Source: Perna viridis
Lineage: Eukaryota
DNA: 64,000 nt
Direction of reading: 5' to 3'
Assembly: GCA_037379345.1 (NCBI GenBank)
Contig: CM074519.1
Span: 32,266,103 to 32,330,102 of the forward strand
Shown: one piece after another, positions 1 through 13,584 of the stretch
How the letters are laid out: every line of letters starts with the position of its first letter
Position numbering within the stretch: position 1 is the first letter of the stretch
Made by a program: the position numbers and the translations under genes
Notes under the pieces: generated by a model
What the model was told of the DNA's origin: nothing
The model's database searches: none
What the model saw: only the letters and a program-made list of their open reading frames with translations

Positions 1-1893
1 ACTGTAATCACGTAAAACAAGAAGTAAAACATTCATTTTTCACAGTTTGCGAATTCTAATGTAGCCCTTCAAGAAATCCTGTCAGTCCCATCTAACATTT
101 CTATTGCAGAATTCACAAATATTGCCGATCCGGAACAAATAATACCAGAACTTTGTAAGTCAAAACCAACAGGATCAACAATTTTCACAATTGAATAAAT
201 AACTTATCCTCGCCTAATGACCAACTAATTTCTCTTTGTAAAATATATGGACCGAATCGGTCTCAATATAAGCTCCCCATTTTTTGTTGGAATAATGATC
301 CGATTAAGGTTGACCATCAGTGGCCCTTTCACAAAAAATCGTAAGTGTAAAATTAGTTGTAAGTTATGACGTCATAGTAAACTATATATCTGCACGTACT
401 CATTCATGGAAAGTTAATTGTGTAATTCGACGGAGATATACTGACTTAACGCGCGCTGTTCTTACTTGTTTCAAAATAGCGGCGTTATCGACCATTAAAA
501 ATGCGATAAAACTAATTAACCTGTAGTAATCTATCGAATTGTGAATTATTCTTCAAGAATGGGTGTAGCAATATATTTAGCTGGATAAATGTCAAAAAAA
601 GCGCCGTAGTCATATATATACATCCTACAAATGTTGAAATCTGTAATTGTTCAGCTGTCCCAGGTAACATTTTAGTCGCATGAATAATTTCAATATGACA
701 CAGAAAATTTGTTTTTTTATAATAAAACGAAATTAAAAAAATGGCAAATATCCACGTTTTTTAATGTGGTTTTATTTTGACGTCATGATGACCTCATTCC
801 CCAGCAATTGATCAGAAATACCAAGGACAAAGCTGTCCCACAGAACACAACAGAACTAGTACACCAATTCAAACAAAGAAAAGGAGTATCATATATGGAC
901 AGAGGTACATTCGTTTTACATTTAAGTAATATTATTTTACTCAAAATCATAAATTTCAACATATTTTAAAAGAAAAACAGAGTTTTACGAAATACGGCAA
1001 CTTTTATTGAGTCTTACAAAATGTCACACATGCTCTATTTCGCATTACGGCAATTTATGCAATGTTCACGTCTTATTTTTATATTATTGCTACATTCCGT
1101 TTTCCAACAACAACTGTTTTCTGAATGTTATTTTTCTCAGCTTTTTATTAAGTCCTAGACTTTTAATTCCTGATTCTTATTACTCTTACAACAGCATATT
1201 TTACAAATCTTACAAATTACGTTCCGTAAGTGTGGTTGGCGATTTTTTCGCATGAGTTTACACTTAACAGCTGCAATTCGCATTATCAAGTTAGAATTTT
1301 ATTCAAAACAACAATGAAAATGCGATATTGTCGTATTTTTAAAGAAAAAAATCACCAGTGCGGTTTCGAAAATGTCATTCTTATAGTAAAAGACACACAT
1401 CTAGATTAACAATTAAATTAAATATACTTGTATGTTGCTGAAAGTTTTTGATTATAAATATATTCGCAAAACCTTTTTTTAAATTTTACCATCACAGTTT
1501 TCCTAGTGATAACATTAATACACGGGTTCGGTGGGAAAAAAACTATCATGAGAAAGAAAGGATATGGGGAAATGTTATATTAAATACACAGCACATCAAC
1601 AATGGCAGGAACATTTTTTTTTTGTGTTTCCTCCCCATGAAAACTTTCGACAGGAGAGAATCAAACAAAAATATTACTGAATGAGGCACCGACACAAATA
1701 TTTTAAATATGTCCTTAGAAAAAGAAAGGACATGGGAATATGTCACAAATACAAAACTCACTTAAAACAAAATACCGTTTAATGTTAATTTATTTCAAGA
1801 GGATTACTAATAATAGTATTGCTGTCTTGTTTATTTCTTTATAAAAGCAATTTTTATAATTTACAATACATTATAAACATCAGACTGAATTCT

Positions 1894-1997
1894 TTTATGT
1901 TCTTTGTTGTATATGTCTGTTTTCCATGTCTGGTCTTTGTCCCTGGATTACATTCTTTTGATTACCGCTATAACCTTGGTTCCCTTGATTACTCCTT
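1894..1997 (+). mobile_element. Penelope-like (Naiad-type) element, 3' tail fragment
   Basis: Near-identical to 8228-8322, the 3' end of the RT-bearing copy; ends at the shared ccttggttcccttgattactc terminus. Confidence 0.8.
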
Positions 1998-2549
1998 CAA
2001 AGCTATTCTCGATTGCATGGTGCGGTTGATCATTAGTCACAGAAAGTTCTGATTTTTTTCGTGGTTATTTATCAGACAACTTTTTATCAAAGAAAAATAG
2101 CGTTCACATTTCCTCTGATTTTCCCTAAAAACGTCGTAACGTTGTGTTACCACTGTAGGTAGGAACAGCGCACGTAACGTCATACCATTTTAGCCAGACC
2201 GTTAGCAAAACGTCACGCGTCATGATCAAACTCCAAGGCAGCTCCAGTTTCGTACCGTTGACGTTCCTCCACTAGGGAGGTGCGGAGGGCAATAGTCAGG
2301 AACTCGTTGTCTGTGTTTTCCTTATAGTACTAATCGGGCCATGTTGTTTTAAAGCTGGGTCATATACTTATGTAGCACATCTAGTCTGGTCAGTGATTTT
2401 TTTTTACATTTTTTTGTTATGGTTTTAGTAACCAAATCATAATACATGAATACATGTAGGTGTTGTATTATAGGTGGAAATTCAGACGTTTGCATAGCTA
2501 ATTTACAACATTTATTTATTTTTAATAAATGTTACTCAAAACCTTATTT

Positions 2550-2756
2550 CTTACCCTACCAGCGCGCAGCACCTGGTCCATACTCCCAGTTTCTAATGGA
2601 GTCCCAGTTGTTATTTTCCGTTTGATAATCTGTATGTAATCATCTTAGTTACTTTATTTTCTTTGTTGTGTTTTTCTGATTTCCAGGTCTTGTCTTTTTC
2701 CCTGGATTACATTCTTTTGATTACCGCTATAACCTTGGTTCCATTGATTACTCTTT
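2550..2756 (+). mobile_element. Penelope-like element 3' fragment, diverged
   Basis: cttaccctacc...gcacctggtccatactcccagt...ggagtcc followed by the same 3' tail as the copy ending at 8322. Confidence 0.75.
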
Positions 2757-3047
2757 GCCACTTTAATTCGTTAGATTATCCCATGTATTAAGTACATTGG
2801 AGTGTTATCAATAGACTCGGCTGGTAATGTATACTCTGACATGACCTAAATGATATATAACCTAGTATAACATGATTTATATATAAAAATATATATATTA
2901 ATATGTTAATATAGTTCAGATAAAGCATTTTCCAGTTGTCGTTTTTTCGATTGATTTCAATCATGCATGTAAATTGGAAAGATGTGAAATAGCATATAAA
3001 TATCGCGAGCTTTGATTTCATAGTCTGACAATAATCTTTTAAAAGAG

Positions 3048-4205
3048 ATGCTTGGACGAGTATTGATCCTTTTATGTTTGATCGGTCAACTTCTGACATG
3101 CACGTATACTTGTATGCTCAGTGAGGATATGTGTTCTGATTTTGTGGAAAATTCGAAACCCCAACAAATTTCTATGAAAGAATTCTATCACTTTGGCAAG
3201 ATTTTGGGACGTAAAAATAAATTTGAACATTTTTCCTTCGGAGAAGAGCAGATCTTATTGGATTTTGAAGGCTTTTATCTGCAATGGTTAAGGAGGCCAT
3301 CAGACCCTCTGATTAACCTTCACCGATACGAATTCATCCTGAATAGCAACCAGTGTGAGTTACAACCTCCATTTATCATAGTTGTTATTCACAGTGTCGC
3401 CGATGCCTTCAAAAGGCGGCGTCTTATCAGGTCCACCTATGGTTCAGTGAAACAGTACGGAAAAGTCAAGTTGGATTTTGTTTTTGTTCTCGGAGAAACT
3501 TTAGATGCTAAAGTCAATAAAAAAATTCTAGCTGAACAGAAAGAATATAACGACTTAATACAAGGCAATTATCTTGACAAGTATGAAAATTTATTGTACA
3601 AACATCTTTTCGCCTATGTTTGGGTGCAGAAGTTTTGCTGGAAAGCAAAATTTGTAATGAAAATAGATGATGATGTTATACTGAGTACTAGATTAGTTGT
3701 GGACTTTCTTATGCATAGAAACAATAGTGTAGCAGAACTATATTTGTGTAGATACCTTTTTTCTTTAATACATTCAAGCCCAAAACGAGAACCCAGAGGT
3801 CACAAGTGGGCACTTCCTTTGGAAGTGTATCCCTTTTCTTCGTTTCCACCATATTGCATTGGACATGCATACCTTTTTTCAATGAATTTTCTTGACACAA
3901 TTCTAGAATACTCGAAATTTGTTCCGTTTCTTCGGCTCGACGATGTGTATATGGGTTTCGTTAAATGGATAGGTGGAATAAAAATGTTTGAAATCGAAAA
4001 CTTTATCTGGTACTTAGAAAATCCTGGCGATGTCAACGATGTACCGTGTTCGATGTTTTATTCAATACAAAATGGCGTGCTGAAGGACCAGAACTCTGTT
4101 CACAAACTCTGGAATTCTATATGGCAAGGTATAAAGAACAATTACTTTTGTTCTCTTTTTGGGAAGAGCTGGGAAACTTACGTTAGAAATATTGACATCG
4201 TTTGA
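3048..4205 (+). CDS. Beta-1,3-galactosyltransferase-like glycosyltransferase (GT31 / Galactosyl_T), single coding exon, 385 aa
   Basis: Intact ORF with an N-terminal hydrophobic anchor and GT31 motifs: VVIHS..RRRLIRSTYG, FVFVLG, EQKEYNDLIQGNYLDKYENLLYK, KIDDD (DxD), FPPYCIG, LDDVYMG. Confidence 0.92.
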   Translation: MLGRVLILLCLIGQLLTCTYTCMLSEDMCSDFVENSKPQQISMKEFYHFGKILGRKNKFEHFSFGEEQILLDFEGFYLQWLRRPSDPLINLHRYEFILNSNQCELQPPFIIVVIHSVADAFKRRRLIRSTYGSVKQYGKVKLDFVFVLGETLDAKVNKKILAEQKEYNDLIQGNYLDKYENLLYKHLFAYVWVQKFCWKAKFVMKIDDDVILSTRLVVDFLMHRNNSVAELYLCRYLFSLIHSSPKREPRGHKWALPLEVYPFSSFPPYCIGHAYLFSMNFLDTILEYSKFVPFLRLDDVYMGFVKWIGGIKMFEIENFIWYLENPGDVNDVPCSMFYSIQNGVLKDQNSVHKLWNSIWQGIKNNYFCSLFGKSWETYVRNIDIV

Positions 4206-6791
4206 TGCGTTTTTTATCAGATCAAAAGTAACGCACCAAAAATTGTGTATGTAAGATGTTCGAATTAGCTTGTCAGTATTTATTTTTTCTCCAAAGACTA
4301 TTAAACAAATCACCTCTCATGTTTCTTACTTTTTTTTCTTCATAATTTACGATTTAGTCCCCAACGAACCGTTTCAAAATACATGTACGGTTTCTAGCTT
4401 TTTGAGAACCCTGAAATCTAAATTCATACAAGCGTATATTAATATATCACTCGGACTCGGAAACTGAGATTTGAGAGGAAACACAATCTTCTACAATAAC
4501 TTTCCATTTTTCAAGAAATATTTGTTCAACGAGCATCGATATTTCTAACAGGATTTAAAAAAGGGTGGAAAAGACATTTCCTATAAACACATCACGCAAA
4601 ACTCTGTTGACAAAATATCAAAATATTTCATAGCAGGTTTGCCTTCAACTAACCTGGAATGGTGCCTGTAATTAGTCCAATAACTCTGAAACGTTAAATC
4701 GGTGCTATCGGAGAGCATGAATCGCTCACCTGGCAAACCATGTCCTATTAACTAAGCAAGTAAAGGTATCATGCTTTGTTTCTATGTTTGATAAAAAAAA
4801 TGCTGAAAAGAGCATATGTTGATGAATGCTGCAAGTTCTACTGAGCAAATGTTGGAAATGCTTTCAGTGTTTTTAGAACCTCAGGAAAAAATTGCATCCA
4901 GTGGTCACCCTATGCTCTGTTATCCCTGTGGGTTTGAGGGGGCATTAGCCTAGTATACATTTGCTGAAAAAGAACATAAAATGAGATCAAATCATGGCTA
5001 TACAACACTTTCATCATCACCATTAAACTCGGGAGACCATATTTACCATATACACCAAATACCGTTGAAATCAAAGCAAGTATAAATCAAAGTGCAGAGG
5101 CACCGAGTCAAGGAGGACCTCAAAGTAATCAAAAATATTCATTTAACCAATTTGTAAGCTAAATAAAACTTAGGTATTTTAAAGAATAACCATTTGTTTT
5201 AACGCAGTATATATTTATAGAGTACGTTTATCAATATATATTTTTGGGTCTTCTTTTTTATTATTGCTTTTGGTATTCCTGGCTGTACACGTACGTTGAT
5301 GCCCTCAATTTTCCTAATACTTAAATCAGCATTTCATACAAAATATGAATTCCACTGAGAATCACTGGCTATTAATATTCGATGAATTTTCAAAGTAAAA
5401 TAGGACCCACACCTTTAAATTTTGGTTTGGAGATGCATGAAGTAGAAATGAATCCTGCAGACAGGAGGAAGTTAAACAAAGGCCCAATCTCAAGGGAGAA
5501 ATTAGCAAAAAACTTTTCCTTGCTTGTGCTCACTTTGATGTAGATGTTTTTTGTAATAAATTAAAACTAAAATTTGTTCTTGTCATTGTTGTCTAGATTA
5601 GGTTATGGTATGTACAATAAATGATTACCTTCTCATAGGAATTTTTCAGTTCAAACAAGGACTCTTGTTGTAAAAATTACTGTGTAGTTTAAAGATCATT
5701 ACACTAAAACAACTACATAGCTCATAGATTTGAGCAATTTAAGATTCCAATTAAGTTGGAAAGTCAATGGTATTTGATGAATATAGAGAATATGATGTCT
5801 TAATCACACAAGCACTTTGAGTATAAATCCATCTCTTTATTCTCTCCAAAACAAAAAAGTTACTAGTAAAGCCATACCTCATGAATACCTCTTTTTCATG
5901 ATGAATCACTATTTGCTGAGTGTTTTATACATGTCTGCCTTCAATAATGTATGTGCATTTCTTTCACTTTTTTTCTGGATGATTGTTTCACAAATATGTA
6001 TAAGATTACAATTCAAGTAACTCTTATGTTTTGCAAATATGTAAGTGCTAATGTTTTTTATAGTTTTTTATTAAGAGATGTTGACATATACATTTACAGC
6101 TGCTTCATGCTACACATACATGTACCAGACATGAGAATCTTAAACTGTTTCATGCTTAAATAGTATCCCAGCACAGAAATGGTCTGTTTTACTTTTGCCT
6201 TTTTCTCACTTCATCTAGTGAAATTTCTAAGTGATAACCACTGAAAAGAGATCAAGGAAAAATCGTAACAGTGTCTGTCTGATATTTGCAAAATGTTCCA
6301 ATGCAAATTCATGAAAATATATATATGTATTTTAACCATATGTTATGGAGAAACCTCCTATTGTTGGGAAATATTGTTACATGTACGTATAATTTCGTGC
6401 AAATCAGGCAAAAATAAAGGTTGCTTGGTTATAACAGTACCAGGTTTTCACTGGTTTTTAAACCACCTGGTCAATATTCCCAAAGTGATCAATACTGGTC
6501 GATTGAAAATTTGCAAACAATATTTTTGTCATTATTCATAGTTTTTGTCCTACATTAAAAATGTTAATATAGTATATATCTACTATATTTCAGTGTCTCT
6601 ATTTAATATCTCTATCAGCTCTATTGGTTAAAAAAAGAACATTTCTTTCTCTAAAATAATTCAAATTTATCTGAAATAACATAACAAACTTTACAAAAAT
6701 GTAGTGTATTTCATGAGCTCATCTTTGTTTCAATAACTATTAATATCAGGTAAGATACATGTAAGTAAGAGTAGAACAGGTTAGACGTAGA

Positions 6792-8322
6792 AAATAATAG
6801 CAGTAATAAGACCTATACTGCTATCACTCTCTCTAAAGAAGAGATTGTGGAAAACCATAAATCTGTGCTATCCTCTTTTGGTCTCTCTACCAAGGACGAT
6901 GATTGTGATTTACCGTCTATGTACTGGATTCCTAAACTTCACAAGAATCCATACAGACAACGTTTCATAGCTGGATCTGCAAAATGTACCAAGCCTCTTT
7001 CAAAACTTTTAACTTCTATACTCACAACTGTCAAAGAGGTTCTGCAGTCCTGTCCTACCACAACACTTATTACTCCCGTAGTGGTATTAATTCAATGTGG
7101 ATCCTGAAAAATTCGAAAGATCTTTTGGAGACAATCAGTTCAAGACCATTATCTGAATATAATAGCATTAAAACCTATGATTTTTCAACACTGTATACTG
7201 CTATTCCCCATGCTCAGTTAAAATCCCGACTTAAAAACATTATACATCGTTGTTATTCCAAAAAAGATGGTACACCTAGATACAAATATATAGTTCCTGG
7301 TAGAGATTCCTCATACTTGGTAAGAAATAATTCCAAATCATCATCCAAATATACAGAGGAAGATGTGTACAAAATGCTGGAATTTTTAATCGACAACATA
7401 TTTGTCCAGTGTGGTGGACGTGTTTTTCAACAAACGGTCGGCATTTCAATGGGAACAAATTGTGCTCCTTTACTTGCTGACCTATTCCTTCACTCTTATG
7501 AGGCTGACTTTATAGCTGATCTGATCAGAAAGAAAGCATATCGTTTGGCTAGATCCTTCAATCTCAGTTTCGGCTATATAGATGACGTATTATCTTTAAA
7601 CAATCCTAATTTCGGGGATTTGATACATCGCATCTACCCAAAAGAACTTGAGATAAAGGATACTACAGACACTGTGAAGTCAGCCTCATATCTTGACCTA
7701 CACTCAGAAATCGATGGTAAAGGAAAACTATTGACCAAACTTTACGACAAACGTGATGACTTTTCATTCAGAATTGTCAACTTTCCTTTCATCTGTGGCA
7801 ACATCCCTTCGGCTCCTGCGTATGGAGAGTTCATATCACAACTCATACGTTATGCCAGGGCTTGCCGAAACTACGCAGACGTTTTGTATCGCGTTAGAAC
7901 TCTAACAAATAGGCTTCTGGAACAGGGTTATGTTGCTACAAGATTGAAGTCATCACTACAGAAGTTTTATGGTCGTCATCATGAACTCGTGGATATCGTT
8001 ATGGTGTATCCATCAGCACCATGAAAACTGATTTATTAAACGGGTCATAGTTTTCCTTTCCCCGTTTGTCTACCCCGGACTTGACTTTTTATGAGCAACT
8101 CGGCGGGTGTTTCTAGAAAAGCAGAGGACGCTTACCCAACCGGTGCACCTGGTCCATGCTCCCAGTTTTTAGTGGAGTCCGAGTTGCTCATTTACTTTTG
8201 TTACTTTGTATGTATGATTTTAGTTACTTTATGTTCTTTGTTGTGTATGTCTGTTTTCCATGTCTGGTCTTTGTCCCTGGATTACATTCTTTTGATTAAC
8301 CTTGGTTCCCTTGATTACTCTT
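6792..8322 (+). mobile_element. 5'-truncated Penelope-like retroelement (RT at C-terminus, Naiad-like), frameshifted
   Basis: ORFs 6847-7107 and 6984-8024 join across a frameshift. Motifs: YWIPKLHKNPY, KTYDFSTLYT, QTVGISMGTNCAPLLADLFL, YIDD, LYDKRDDF, SQLIRYARAC, KFYGRH. No endonuclease follows the RT; a structured 3' region does. Confidence 0.85.
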
Positions 8323-9276
8323 TCACCCGTCATTGTTAAAACAACATCCCCTCATAACCAGATAGATCATAAAAAGTGGTTTAAAGTAATGAGTTTAAAA
8401 GTCATTTCATTTACCAGACAAAAACCTTCTTAATACAGCAAATGAAAAGCTTGCTAAGGATATTGCTTTTAGCTACCTGCTGATTTATAATAATGACTCT
8501 CATTTCAAAATCTCTGGATCAATCCCTGAATGTTGACTTATCTATGAGCAATTAATGTCACATTGTAAAGCAGAAAACAGATTAGATAAATGTATTACTA
8601 TATTTGTAGTTTTCAGTGTAAATTACTTGTTCGTAGACAAATGAAAACTGCATACTTTGCTTAGAAATATGACTACACTGTTCTACACTAGCAATAAAAA
8701 CAGTATACCTATCACCAGTTCTGAAAATTTTAAATACCTGTGTACATACAAAGTATATGAATAAATAATGTATACCTTCAACACTTACCTAGTACATTGT
8801 ACATGCAAGAATGTTCATGAAAATCAGCTCTTAGAAAAAGTCTACTTTTGGTAGCCTCGATATCCAACACATTTTCAATGCACTTTCATGGCCACAATAT
8901 TTCTAACATAACTATGTCTTTCTTGTGTCATGAAAATCTTATTTCTCACTTTATGATCTGCATTCTAAATAATTGTATCTGGTATATCTTGACAATGTAC
9001 TAAAAAAGAACCATTCTGATAATCAGTTATGACTTACATGGAGATAATACACATGTACATGTTATTACTACTTCTTTAAATTTCATACTGAATAGAGCAT
9101 GCCAAAATCTGTACCACATGCAGTATCAACAGGAGACTCCTATATCAACTCAAGGGCCACTGGCCCGTGGGGTGATATAGGTCGAGGGTTGATTCTGCAT
9201 ATCAAACAGATTTTTGCATGTCATGTTCATTCTTTCTTATATTTTATCTATACAAAATATACTGAGACAGAGAAAA

Positions 9277-10660
9277 TCTCCATGGAGTCAATGCAAGCTG
9301 TCTGTAACTCAATTCTACCAAAGTCACTTGTTGAAAGCCTTACTGTCAACCCTGATATCGTTCAGGATGACAATGATGATGAATATACAGATAACATCAT
9401 CGACTGGAAGAAGGCACAAGCCATGGATCCAGTTATACAGCAATTCGTACAACATGTCAGAGATGGGAAAAAACCTACAACAGCTGAAGTTGGACCAACT
9501 CCATTATTGAAGCAATGCCATCATCTGATTCTAGAAGATGGTGTATTGTAGCGACAGGTAATTATCAACGATGACCGCAAGACAAAGCTGGTTTCGCCTT
9601 CCGCACATATAGACACTGTTCTCCAGTCACTTCATAATAACATGGGCCATCCAGGTAAAGATAGTACCCAATCTTTACTCAAAGACAGATTCTATTGGCC
9701 AGGGATAGATAGTGCAGTTGAAAACTGGATACGTCAGTGTGGAAGATGTATCAAGCGGAAAATACCAGGAGACAGTCAGAGAGCACCTTTATGTAGCGTG
9801 GAATCCAGTTTTCCACTTGAGCTTGTCTGTATTGATTTCTTGAAGTTCAAGATGCTCAAGGGATTCCAACCAAGAATGAAACAGCAAGAACCACTGCAAA
9901 GGCACTCTTCGACCAATTCATCGTCCATTGCGGCATTCCGAGGAAACTTCATTCTGATCAAGGACGGAACTTTGAGAGCGAAGTTATTCAGGAACTATCT
10001 GTTTTATTTGGAATGAAGAAGTCGAGAACAACACCATGCCATCATATGGGTAATGGAATGCCGGAGAGATTCTACAGGACTTTGATGAATATGCTTGGTA
10101 CCCTTGAGCCGCATCAGAAGTCCAACTGGAAGGAATACATTGCACCATGGTCCAGGCCTATAACTGTACTCGTCGTGAAGTCCACATGAGCTGCATAATA
10201 TTTTGTTATGTTTGGACGATATCCTCGCCTTCCACAGGATCTTGCTTTTGGCCTACACAAGGACAAGAAGATGCCGATGACACAGTATGTACAGGATCTA
10301 CGTAAGAGATAAGCCCATGCTTATAAGCTAGCAGAGGAGTCATCCAGAAAGGCACAGGCAACCCAGAAAGAAGGATATGATGTCCGCATTAGAGGTGCCG
10401 CCATCCAGAAGGATGATAAAGTTCTGGTGAAGATACTCCATTTCGAGGGACGACACAAGTTGGCAGACAATGACAAGTGGGAAGATACACCTGATGTTGT
10501 TGTAGACCAGCCAGACAGAAAGCTGAATATCTGACAACTTTAGTACAGACACCTCTGTTTAGAGAGACTGGCGTAACCAGAGAAGCAGCTTTTTCTGTAC
10601 TAGACATCATCCATCCACATTAGCTGTAATGACGGGACGTCACTTTTGCAGCTGGGGGAA
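9277..10660 (+). mobile_element. Gypsy LTR retrotransposon remnant A: decayed integrase and PPT
   Basis: H..MGHPG, RFYWPG, CGRCIKRK, PLELVCIDF, HSDQGRNFES, GNGMPERF spread over broken frames; purine tract gctgggggaa ends at 10660. Confidence 0.85.
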
Positions 10661-10933
10661 TGTGTGGTAAGGTGGTATTTTTGGTATGTATGTATATTTA
10701 TAGGTTTACTTGTGCATTTTCATTGTGTTAATCATTTTATGTTTCAGTACAGATTATATTTGTATTGTAGTGTCCTATTCAAGGTATATTTGTACTGGAA
10801 GTAGATTCAGGTAGTTCAGGTTTTCAGGTTCGCTCAGGTGTGAAATTGGTCAGATGTGCTGATGTTACAGGGAGAATTGTAGAATTTTGTATACTGATTC
10901 AATATTTATTCCCAGGTTTGTTTTTCATTCTAT
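10661..10933 (+). repeat. Partial 3' LTR of Gypsy remnant A, cut off by the LTR of element B
   Basis: Starts with TG directly after the PPT and stops where the TG..CA repeat of element B begins. Confidence 0.5.
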
Positions 10934-11261
10934 TGTGGTGCTATATATAATTATTGTGTGGCTATTGGACTTAATATAGTTGGAGTAAGTTCTAAGAGAT
11001 TAGAGAGAGTACTGAACATAGACTCACGCCTTACCTTTCTAATATGGAATATCTCTGGAGCGATATTACACATAGCCTTCTCCGATGAAACTACGTGTAG
11101 AAGAGAGTGGGATGCTGGGACTTTGGGGCCTATCTCATGGAAACGTCACCGGTACATGCCCTCTATAGTCCGGGGGAATTCCCCACCTCGGGTGCGACTC
11201 ATCCTTGGTCCGACGTAACAGTTATGCCACTTATATCGTAATTTAACCTTATTCCACAACA
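10934..11261 (-). repeat. 3' LTR of Gypsy element B
   Basis: tgtggtg...cacaaca termini; similar along its whole length to 15771-16104; abutted at 11262 by tcccccatccac, a PPT on the minus strand. Confidence 0.85.
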
Positions 11262-12349
11262 TCCCCCATCCACTTTAAAAAGGTAGAATTCATATTCCCA
11301 CAAGCGTTAACTTCTGAAATTCCCTTTACATCACGGTGAATCCATTTAACCATTACATGTATGTCACCAGAGACTTACAATCAAATCAAACTCGCTCTCG
11401 GAAATTTAAAAGTCATAGAAACGTAATTATATGATAATTTAATACTGGATCCACTATTTGACCCAAGGAACTGACTTGAATAATGCAGTTTTTCTTTGGC
11501 TCTACTGGAAAACCAATCCACAATTTTTTCTTTGACTCTACTGGAAAACCAACAATTTCAGTCTCATTCAACCCGCAACCTTAGTGCAACAGCTTTTGCT
11601 TGGTTTCACTGAAATACCAATCACCATCAGGTAACAAACCACCATGGTCATCGAACAACTCTATACTCCGCCCGAGTATGTGTACATCCAAGGAACTTTT
11701 TCCTGACGTCTCTCCACGAGATTACAAATCGCATGACCATATCTGCAGTTCCCAGTAAGTGCTACGACATCATGAATTGTCCAGAAAAAAATATAAATCA
11801 ACTTTACGTGACTAATCACAATTGAAAAATATCTGACTTTAAAACTTTTGATTGTCACTTTAAAACTTTACTACATTTCTAAAACTAAATGAAGTGATTT
11901 AGAACTTTACACCAACCACTCATGGATTGGGAAAGGGGTATTTTACATGTACAAGGCGTGATATTTCCTTGCACAAAGGGTATCGGTTTAACGTCTCATC
12001 CGAAAGACTTACCTAACAATACCCTCAAAAACTTTAGAATTAACCTTATTCTAAAATTATTTAATAAACATATATAAAATACAATTAACACAGAAAAGTT
12101 TAACTTTTCACAAAATCAAAACTTTATTTTTAAAAATGGCCTAAATTATAATCAATCATATATATTTTTTGAAAATGGCCTAAATTCAGTTAATTAGATA
12201 CGATCTGTATCTATCCATATTATCGTTAAATACGATAATAAATAAAGTCAACAGTTAACAATAAAAAATCCCCACAACTAAAAAAAACACCGGGGATTTA
12301 CGGGTATCTTATCCCATATCAGTCTACAGTTCACTGGTGTGGTGTTTCT

Positions 12350-13584
12350 TTACCTAAACTGCACCTCCACCTCTACAATCTCTTCTTTGCACAGAGATAG
12401 AGGTAAGTGTGGATCCACCCCGAATCCTTTATAAAACAACATCACAGTTGCTTTGCTAAGAGCTAACCTCTCTCTTGCCAAGGAGGCCACTTCCCAAAAG
12501 GATCTAGTGGGCACCAGGATCCTCCTGTCATTGTAGATTACTGCCACTATTCTTGGTGCATGTGCGTCTTCCTCCACCCCTAAGTGACGAAGGCTTCCTC
12601 TAAGGAAATAGCGCTTACCGCTGGAGTTTCTGACTTTTCTGACCTCTTTTCCATCTTCTCTTTTGGAGTGGCAGGAGTAGTTTCAGCCCCAGGTTTGGCC
12701 TTCAGCCAAAACCAGGAATTCCTATTCACTTCATCCTCCGAAAAGGATTTTCTGGGGATGTACGTACAATTCCCCACTGCCTTCTGTGCCCAAGCTGGCA
12801 ATATGTTAAATAATCCTGCCAACACCCGAGGGTGTAGCAAGCACCCAGCTGTATTCAACTCCTCAGCTTTGTTAACTATATAGTGTTTATGAATGGGCCA
12901 GCCCATCACTCTGGCAACTGCCCTCAACACATGAGCCTCATTTTGTAGAGGTACCAAATTGTGAGGTACTCTTGCTTTCTCCCTCAAGGAGGAAAGGAAT
13001 TGACAGTAGCTTGGCTTTTCCGATTCGGTGACGTACCTAGCAAACTGCATTAATATAAACCCCTTGAATCTATGGAATTCAGGGTCTTCTAATATATCTT
13101 TGGATGGATCAAGAGAGAACACCTCACTCAGGTTCCCCTCAAAGAAATGCCTCTTAAGGGACCTTGTTTTCTCTCCACATCCCCTGAAGGGACATGTGGT
13201 GGAGGTCCTCTAACTCTTTTGACCAACCAAGGCGGAGCCGACTCTGCAACGGCTGGTATCAAAACAATTTCTTCCGCTATTATCTTGGTCTTTACCTCTT
13301 CTGGTTCTACCTTGGGCTCATCCTTCATCTCTCCTTCAGCCCTAATCCCTTCTTCTTCTTCCATCTTTAGTTTAACTATAGTTTTCTTTTGTGACAGGTG
13401 CTGTCATCACCTCCTCCTGTACCATACACTGTCCAGCATCAAACTTCCTAATGGCTTGTAACATCCCTTCCATTGGAGATCCTTCTTATCCGGGTGAATC
13501 CTCCTTAACCCACTCTGGGAAAGCACTTCCTTTCCCCTTGGTGGTATTCTTCCATCATCTAGGTTTTTTCTCCTCTGAACTCAT
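12350..13584 (-). pseudogene. Accessory ORF of Gypsy element B, unknown function, disrupted
   Basis: Consecutive minus-strand ORF pieces 13128-13364, 12580-13122 and 12350-12577 lie between pol and the PPT; ATG at 13584 is preceded by a splice-acceptor-like tatacttccag. Confidence 0.6.

Noticed and set aside
6792-8322. Selenoprotein-type Naiad or hammerhead ribozyme
   Set aside because: No in-frame TGA pattern in the RT, no convincing SECIS, and no CUGANGA...GAAA core in the 3' region.
8091-8339. Recurring short ORFs MSNSAGVSRKAEDAY... and MLPVFSGVRVAH... (also near 26924, 51380, 57046, 60196)
   Set aside because: They are translations of the Penelope-like 3' repeat; starts, stops and frames differ between copies.
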